Below are positions 55,797-64,000 of a DNA stretch of 64,000 bases, one piece after another; position 1 is the stretch's first letter, and the number at the start of each line of letters is the position of its first letter. The notes under the pieces were generated by a model. That model did not search any database. It had not been told where the DNA came from and saw only the letters and a list, made by a program, of their open reading frames with translations. The DNA is from Balanoglossus misakiensis (taxonomy: Eukaryota > Animalia > Hemichordata): positions 916,648 to 980,647 of the forward strand of contig CM082576.2 in assembly GCA_040954595.2 (NCBI GenBank), given 5' to 3'. Both the position numbers and the translations under genes were made by a program.

Positions 55797-58700
55797 TGAA
55801 AAGTTATAATAGTCATTATAGATGCAACGCGATATAGTTCTCGTTTTGCCGCGGAATTATGAACATTTGTCTTGAGTCATAAAAATAATATAGTACACTA
55901 CGCATACTGTATACGACCGACCGACAGACAGACAGACAGACGAACGGACAGACACAGAAATCGTTTTTATCGGGTGTTTGAGTTGTTCATTCAAACGGAG
56001 ACGATCGACTCTGCTTCTGGTTTGTTGTGCATGCGCAGTGTGATTACAGAGCCACGGAAATCTCAAATTAAATACTGCTTTTGAACCCTGTCATATTGAA
56101 GAAAAATATAAGCGACTTGGAGCATTGGAGCTTCGTTTGTGTGGAGTGATTTCAAAGTATATTGACATGCATACACAGACGCTGTACAGACAGAGCAGAC
56201 CGTATCTGAAGTAGAGTTCTTGAACTCACCCCACCTGGCGTGTTACACACAGGTCGAACATCATTAGAAAAAGACCGCCCGTGGCAACAGAACAAATATT
56301 CGTGTGCATCATTGAAGAACTGGCACGTAGACACGAACACACTTACATGTATTTCATTTTTAAACGCCTGAAAATAACATTTCTCTTTAAAATGATAGTT
56401 TCTCTTTAAAACAGAAATCCATTATCTATCAGGGTGCTTCACGGGTTACATGTGGATCATGTTTGATGACGAGAATGACCAAGCTATCTGCTAAGCGTTT
56501 GCCAATTCCCGGCGTTGCGGTAGCAGGGTAGGTCTATAGGATAACAATTTCAACGAACAGGTTAGTCTGCAATGATGAGATTTTCCGTCATCAAACACGC
56601 ATGTCACTTCAATCAGGGACAGTTTATACAACATATAAAAACATAAAAGAGGCATTTATGTAAAATAACATCAAATGAAAATCTGGCGAAATATTCTTTT
56701 CAATTTTGAAGTCATATACTTTCCCTCCTTATCAAGTACTCTTACTTTATAGTGCATATATTTTCACAAGTACTGATCAGGTATCTATTTTTAGCATTTT
56801 GTGTGTGGGTGACAATGTGTCTATTGTATCTTTTAACAAGAGTGAAAAACAAACTGCCATGAATAATATTGGATTCGGATGATTTATGTCTGGACAACCT
56901 TTACAATAACTTTAACCTTAGAGAAATGTCTTGGGGTTGTATCGATCACATTAACAGCACGGAAAGTACCCCTGGCCATGTCTAATTTTCGTTCACACGC
57001 ATACACTTCACCGAGCTATGCTAGAGGCTGTGGGGTCTTTGCCATTTCCCTGATTTGTTCGCGTTTGAAGTTTATTTAAGTCTTCAAATTGCCAACCCTC
57101 GCATTGCATTTCGTCCCCGTTATGATAAAACGTTTGCATCCAACGCAGATCACCTCGATACAAAAAGTGCCACAGATCTCTTCTTCGCCTTTGTTGTTTT
57201 TAATTGTTGGAATTTCTTCAAAGACAGAAGGACAATCAATTACGTTGTTTTATGGCCGCGTGGATTGTTTTCTTTGTCTTTTTTCCCACTCCGAATGGAA
57301 TTGTCTCTATTCGGCTAAATACCTTGACGCCAATTCTACGACCAGGGGCAAACCAAGCTTATCCGCCGATCGACGAAAACAAATCGATTAAGATAATAAG
57401 GGTGGACCGCTGAACGTGTCAAAGGGCTCCACTCAAGAGTAGACACAAATACATACTATACGCACACCGAGTGTCTTGCAAGTTCAAACATGTTTTCAGT
57501 GGGCTTTAAAATTCCTCTCTAAGGAACTTTAAACATAGCTACGAATTAAGGTATTGTTACCGGGGACTGTCGCCAGCACTTAGATTAGATAGAGTCGGTC
57601 TTGGATACAGTCCAATCAATCTCTCTACAACATGTCTATAGTCGGTCTGTGGTCCGCACGCCAGTCGAATGCACGGTCCCTTCATCACACTGAAAGACTG
57701 TAAGCTATAAGTATGGGTTGGGGTTGTTAACTTACCAGACACTTCACCATATCCTGCGAGATAAATGCACGTTGATTGCCGGGTGGATCACTGTTTCATT
57801 GTATTCACCATGCAATACATCACTCGTATCGCAGTTTCGTTATCAGGGTGGAGTTTTAATGAAGAAAAACATAAAAACAATCATCAATCATAAATACCTG
57901 TGTCGCGAGACGACAGACAGACAGACAGAAAGACAGAAAGACGGACGGACGGACGGGGCTATTAACAACCAGACGTATACATAAAACGCAGGTAGAACAT
58001 TTCGGGTTATGATATTACGGGTTGTTTGTGATGTGGTTCAATTTAAGAGAGACCAAAACTCGAGAGCAACGACACTAACCGTTCAAGAGCCCTTGCCAAG
58101 GGAGGAAGGACATGAACAAAAGAAAGCAGTACTTCATATAGAACCGTTACAGTTTATATAGCAACAAGGTGTGTTTATCCCGTTTGACTGCACTCTAATA
58201 CAGTGATAACTTATTATATAGCGTTAAAACCGGTGATATCCGATTATTATGAAAATTCATTGCTGTTGCGGAAAGTTTACTAATGATATAGACTCCGCGA
58301 AATCTTGGAGCAACTCCTAAATATTTGACACAATTCTCCGTATCCAGGCTACAAAAACCGCTTGTAAAAGTAGAGTGACGTCCTCTTGCGAAACAAAATT
58401 CGTTACCTTTTTTGCAGCAATTCATGTAAGACATTCATATTTGAACTGTGTTTGAAATCTTCTTGCACGATTACAGAAGTTTGTGATGTTGGAAAAACTT
58501 GAAGTCTGTAGGATAATACTTCCGTCTGTTATATTTAGCCTAAACGAGAGTTCTTCTGCAGTGAAATTCCCTTCAGCAATGCATGTTCAATTCTTTGAAA
58601 TCGTACAGTACTTCCTGAACATTTGCCCGCGCCGTGTACACTCACTCTTTCTCTCCGTCTCTCTCTCCCCCTCTCTCACTCATATATTCCTGTTTACACG

Positions 58701-61700
58701 GCTAACTGCCTATATTTGGTCTCTCTCCTTTGTCCAACGAGTAACTGCCGTGGGCCATCGCTTCTACGGCTAATTGGTCGACCAGCGGTACATTTTCTAT
58801 CTAATTGCAATGTGCCTGCTCTCTCAGCCATTAATCGCAAGGATAGGCAATCATTTATCAATCTATGGCCAGAACAATGTTCAGTCTTTTTTGTTCGCAG
58901 GCGACATTGTGCGCAGATCGAAAGAACCATGTGCTACAATTTCGATACCATATTGTTAGCTTGGCATGCAGCTAAGCCTCTGTTCCAATTCCTGTTTTTA
59001 ATTTCGTCGATTCCAGTCATTTTCACCGAATATGTAAATCCCCAACCGCTCTTTCCCAACCAACATTTTCTTTTGTCGATGGCCGTCCAATCATTAGTAC
59101 ACGCCTGCTTTGCCCCCCCCCCCCGTTCATTTCAGCTGTTTGGTATACAGGTACGCCAGACCCATTCGACGCGCGTGAGGTTCATAGAGAATGGCTTGAA
59201 ATTTTCAATGACCGTGTGTGCCGTCACCTAAATTAGGAAAGCAGAGACTATGAAATGTACAATGAAAAGAAACGTTTGAAAGAAGGCATAATCGCCGTGT
59301 CCAGCTTTGTTAGCTGTTGAATCGCGAACAACTGTGGTCTAAGGCTATACTGCAAGTAACTGGTCCATAAAATATCCTGAACACGTGACACTTTTGTCAG
59401 TTGAATCAGATTGCAGGAAACTCTCTTTTGCTTAAAGCCCTTGTGAATTTGGTGTTAGACCGCTGATTGGAGACAAGCTTCAATTATCATGAGTTGCTTT
59501 TGAGCTACTGGGACTTCTTTGCGATCTGCTGGGTCAAATCAGCACTTTGTGTTGAATTGATGCTTGTCTCAGCTATGCTTTCGATCCGATCTATAGCAAT
59601 GCCTACGTCAAAAACGTGGGCCTTTAAAAATGGGGGCAAATCATGGCAAGTCCCAATAGGCCCTATAGTTTATGGAACTTTGACAATTTTAAGTCGACGA
59701 CGAAGACAATTCTCTTTTCCAAGGACACCGTAAATTTATTTTTTTGAAATCTTACGTGCAGGAAAGCGTACTTCGACTTCCGTATGCAACTGTATACGCA
59801 GTTATCAAAAAAGGAATGTACTTTTTTTCTATCCCAGCGACTGCATGTCTTTCTTATTATTGGCCAATAAATTACACACAATAAAGCATTTTTTGAAATC
59901 ATGATAGCGACATGATTCTGTTATCTATCAAAAGCAGAAAGTACACGTCGTAGATGGAGGTTGCCATGACAACTCCAATGATATTTCTACGACGTATCTG
60001 AGTATGTGCCGTTGGTAAGATATGTTTGTGACTGACACAGCCAAAGTCGTCACGTCTTCTTCTACTTCTGTTTCTACCCCCCCCCCCCCGCCCATCAATT
60101 ACTGATAAACACGTCTGCGATATGTAACCAACGTATGGTCCAGGTGAGATGTTATCACAAGTTCCGACGTCTGCAATTACGGACACAAAACAATATAAGG
60201 CTTTATCTGTAAAAGCCATGAAATGTTATAAAGACAAGATTCCCATTAATATATAGCTTTATTGTCACACCTTGTTAAAATCTAAATCGCACTTTTAACT
60301 TGATAGTACCATGCAGACGATTTATGCATTTGCCACGGGTTTTGACAAGTTGAACGTTTTTTTTTGGATTTTAGTTGAGCACTACAACACATAGTGTGTC
60401 GAATATCCAAATTAGGTACGGCACCTTGTCAATTTAAAAATCGATAATTGCGCGAAAATATCATGATAATAAAACGTACAACCAACATATGCACCGCTTA
60501 TATTGAAGCGTTCTCTCTTATTGCAGTGTAAAGCAACGGTGATTGATCTCAGATCACTTCATTTTAATAACAGATTTGCAAAGCCATGATATCCGTACAT
60601 TCACATAAAAATAGGACACATCACCGGCATTGGGTGCTGTCAGTGATGTCACCTATGTCATCAACATGTAAAATTAATGCCACATGTCTGCCTCTATTTA
60701 TGATGTTCAAGTTTATGTGTGTTTGTACAGGTAGTTCCCGCAATGTTGCGCTCAACCTGTCGTTAGATGATGACACAGTGACTTAGTCGGCACGTTCACG
60801 GTCAATTCGTGCTCAATTTGGCGCATTTCAAGACGCGTCACTAATGTAAAAACATTATGCTGTACGATATAAATGTCAATATTTATATTTCGCGGCCTGT
60901 TGCATATACGTTGTCACATTATCAAATACCACCCTAATGTGTGTAAATATAGGTCTAACTGGGAGTGAGGATACAACATGATGGAATTCTGTTATAGAGG
61001 TCCTGTTCTCCTCTCGCGTATTCGGATGAGATTTCCTGGTGCAGAGATTTTGTACACACGAAAGAGCAGCATCCCTTCGATATAAAGGTGGTGGTTACTG
61101 TGGCAATTTTCATATGAATACTGGACACTCAAAGTACTGTACCGTTCAACATGTTCAGAATACCCCCCAGGCGATTCCTCTTACAACCATCGTTCTGGTT
61201 TAAAGGAAATGAAATATTTACCACTAGCATTTAGTCCACTATTCAATCTTTCAAATTTTGTTAAAATCCTCCTTCGTCCTATAGTGTTGCAGTTGGTGTT
61301 GAATCGTCACTATATACGTCCGAGACAGATCAACACTCGCCAATAAGTAATTAAAACGATCATTCACACCGGGTGCCATGACTACCGGAAGAATATCATC
61401 CTTAGTTTCTCTTTGAACAAAGGCTTTCTCTATATAAAAATATGGTATGGGCACTGAGATGCGTTACTTGTGTAGTGGTGCCATGAATATCTTTAAAGAG
61501 ACCGCTCATATCCGATCTCGTTAAAAATAAACAATTCAGTTCTACTCACAGCACTGAAATGACGACAAATGTTGGACGCAATTACTTATGAATTAAAGGT
61601 CCATTGTGCATTTTTACGAGAGTCTCTCGTCATAATCACATTCCCTGAACGTGTCTAACACATCTTCAAAAAAATACAACTTGAAGTGACTGAGTCTTTG

Positions 61701-62054
61701 TGTTGCCGTTGCTTTGTTCAACGCACCGAAACGTCAAATTAAGGCATGTCTACTGTATTCATCCGTTGCCAGTTTAATAAACGACAAGAACATGTAAATT
61801 AAGGTAATCATGCCTTGAATTGGGCCAACTGAAATGCAGACATTGCGACATGCAAGCATACACGCCAGCAAACGTAGGTCTAGGCTCGATAATTGAACAC
61901 AAGAGTAGTGGATAGGGATGACAGAGATTGCAGAGAGATGAAGACTTGGGATACTCTCATTGTATACATCGGATTTGAAGGATGTGTTCACGCACACATG
62001 CACACCACCTCCCATGGGACTTTTTCTTTTGGAGATTCCACTTTTTCCCTATAT

Positions 62055-62108
62055 CCACCACCACCACCACCACCACCACCACCACCACCACCACCACCAC
62101 CACCACCA
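62055..62108. repeat. (CCA)n microsatellite
   Basis: About 18 units; source of the spurious poly-P/T/G ORFs. Confidence 0.95.
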
Positions 62109-62877
62109 TGATTGGAACAAATAGCAACATTTTGCTCGGGGTTCAAATTAGAATAAACGCGCGCGTGTCCTATTGTACTTTTAACCAACCAGCGAGCGCG
62201 TTATATATTATGACACGCGATAGTGAGGCTAATGAGAATATCTTGCGGGAACTTTTGTTTACTCTTGTTGTTTACTTGTACTTCAGGTTGAAACGAGGTC
62301 ACTTGTACCTTGTTCCTCTGCAGGGGTTCGCCGTGTTGTACAATGATATTGTATACCCAGGACGATTCTGCTTTTAACAAGGAAAAAAACCTTAAAATTT
62401 TGATTTAATATCCAACAATGTTTGGCCGGTCGCATCGCATGCCAGGACGTTATCGTAGCGCGATATTTGATTTCACTGTGGAAACCCCTTGTAATAATCA
62501 GCTCGTCTGCTTATCTGGGTCAAATACTGAAATAGATCCTGCTGTGCTGTGATTAATTTGCATTGTGTAAATAGGGCGCAAAACACCGTTTATCGAGCGA
62601 CACAACCGTTGAACCGGAAGAGCGAACGAAGGATGGAGAGAATTCCCGGGAAAAAAACTTAAGCGCTGCAAAATAGGAGACGAAGCATGCAAAGAGGACA
62701 TTTTCAAACGCGTTGCAAACATTAAACAATACTGATCTTGCGTGGTTCTGGGGCGGCAACTTTCATTCATCTGTTCATATATTATGACACGAATCGTTTT
62801 ACGTGTTTTCATATGTAAATAAGCCATGTCGTAATCAGTTGAGGTCAGCAGTCGTCGACAAGGGTTGTCAAGTTGAA

Positions 62878-63058
62878 CCAATCAGCGCGCGTGTCGTTGT
62901 TGTGATGGGGGCGTCACCCATTGTTGTTCAGCTGATCCGCGTGTTACTTCATTCGCTCACCGACCAGTCAGCGGAGAACATCGTTTCCTAGACACTGAAT
63001 GGAAACTAACCCGTAGAATAGCCGGGGACGGAAAATGGTCCTTAATTTTTGATCTCAG
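62878..63058 (+). promoter_or_regulatory. Proximal promoter and probable non-coding first exon of the terminal gene
   Basis: CCAATCAG at 62878, CpG-rich context and a CTCAG|gttaga donor at 63058. Confidence 0.5.
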
Positions 63059-63264
63059 GTTAGAAGGGTTTTGCGTTTATATATCGGTACCAGATTTTGA
63101 TATTTTCTAAAATGGTTCTTTAGTTTTGTTTCTGTAGAAATATTTATGAATAGGCCCTGTTTCAGGTGTTTTATGACGGCTGGAACGAGCAAACTGGCTG
63201 CACCGCCAAGCTGGATCTGTATCCATCCGGAACGGCCTTAACTGCCTGTCCTCTGCAGTTGCAT

Positions 63265-64000
63265 ATGGATATGCTCAGGTTTCTTACTCAAAAATTGAAA
63301 TCCCAGTCTATCAATGAAGTTACGCCATATCATCCAAAGGTGGGTGTATGTCAGATTTCTCCGCAAATGTTTATTTTTGTCGAATTTCCGTACTTCTGTC
63401 TGCATGTCATTTTGAGTATGGTGGCCGCCATGCTGATCGTTCGATATTTAATTTTCTGTTGGCAGGAGGCCGAAAATGACGAGGACTTTAACTCGGATTC
63501 GGAGGAAGAAAATCAGGAATTACAACAGCTAACTAAAGGTATGTTTTTCTTTCTTATGGGTTGCTCTTTTATTATAATTCTGATGGCATGCAAGCTGATA
63601 AAACCACAGCTCGATCGTTACCGTGCCGTCTGTTTATCTTCACAGAAAGTCGACATGGCGGACAAATTTCGAACGGTACGCTAATGCCTCCAACTAATTC
63701 AGTTTCCATGTGCACAAAGCCCCACCAGCCATTAGAGGACAGGCCGTGTTTGACGGAAAATGTATTACAATTGTTATCGGAGAGAGACAGGCATAGTTCG
63801 GAAGAAGAACTTGCCGATATAGAAAAACAATGCAAAGAGAACCAGGCAGCGGAGAAGCGAAAATGGTCGCAAGCCAACCGCTGGAGTGTCAATGGCGAAA
63901 GCTCAGGGTCAAGCGATGATGAAGTGCGAGATTTGTGCTCAAAACCTGTGCCGGTTCTGTTTAGTTCATCCCCACCGAAACAGCTTCAAAGGTTGTGTCA
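63265..64000 (+). CDS. 5' part of a spliced gene encoding a Ser/acidic low-complexity protein of uncertain family (truncated by the window end)
   Basis: Exons 63166/63265-63339, 63466-63538 and 63646->64000 join in phase: MDMLRFLTQKLKSQSINEVTPYHPK|EAENDEDFNSDSEEENQELQQLTK|ESRHGG...DRHSSEEELADIE...AEKRKWSQ...SGSSDDEV...FSSSPPK. Confidence 0.8.

Noticed and set aside
58623-59231. 202-aa plus ORF
   Set aside because: Non-ATG start, composition not protein-like, includes a CT-rich tract, no motifs.

Overview
This is AT-rich, intron-containing animal DNA, not prokaryotic. It is probably an invertebrate deuterostome such as a hemichordate (inferred from gene content and intron style). The first 28 kb is a very compact gene cluster: the last exon of a probable ZNF839-like gene (+), CINP (-), ribokinase RBKS (+), MRPL33 (-), TMED10 (+), an unrecognised 4-exon 139-aa gene (-) and NEK9 (+). 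These are arranged as three head-to-head pairs with nearly touching 3' ends. A complete selenocysteine tRNA gene lies antisense inside TMED10 intron 3. NEK9 has a GC-AG intron and a probable final exon about 17.8 kb downstream (46087-46272), next to an intact PIF/Harbinger-type MITE. From about 48.5 kb the sequence is visibly CpG-richer and non-coding, with CRE/E-box/X-box clusters and a TATA+Inr promoter, and it leads into a spliced gene of uncertain family that runs off the window end. The most interesting points are the intronic tRNA-Sec, the apparent pre-duplication (pre-2R) neighbourhood joining genes that flank human FOS, FOSL2 and FOSB, the orphan gene, and a coding repeat built from RFX X-box palindromes. 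All homologies were recognised by eye from memory; no searches were run.
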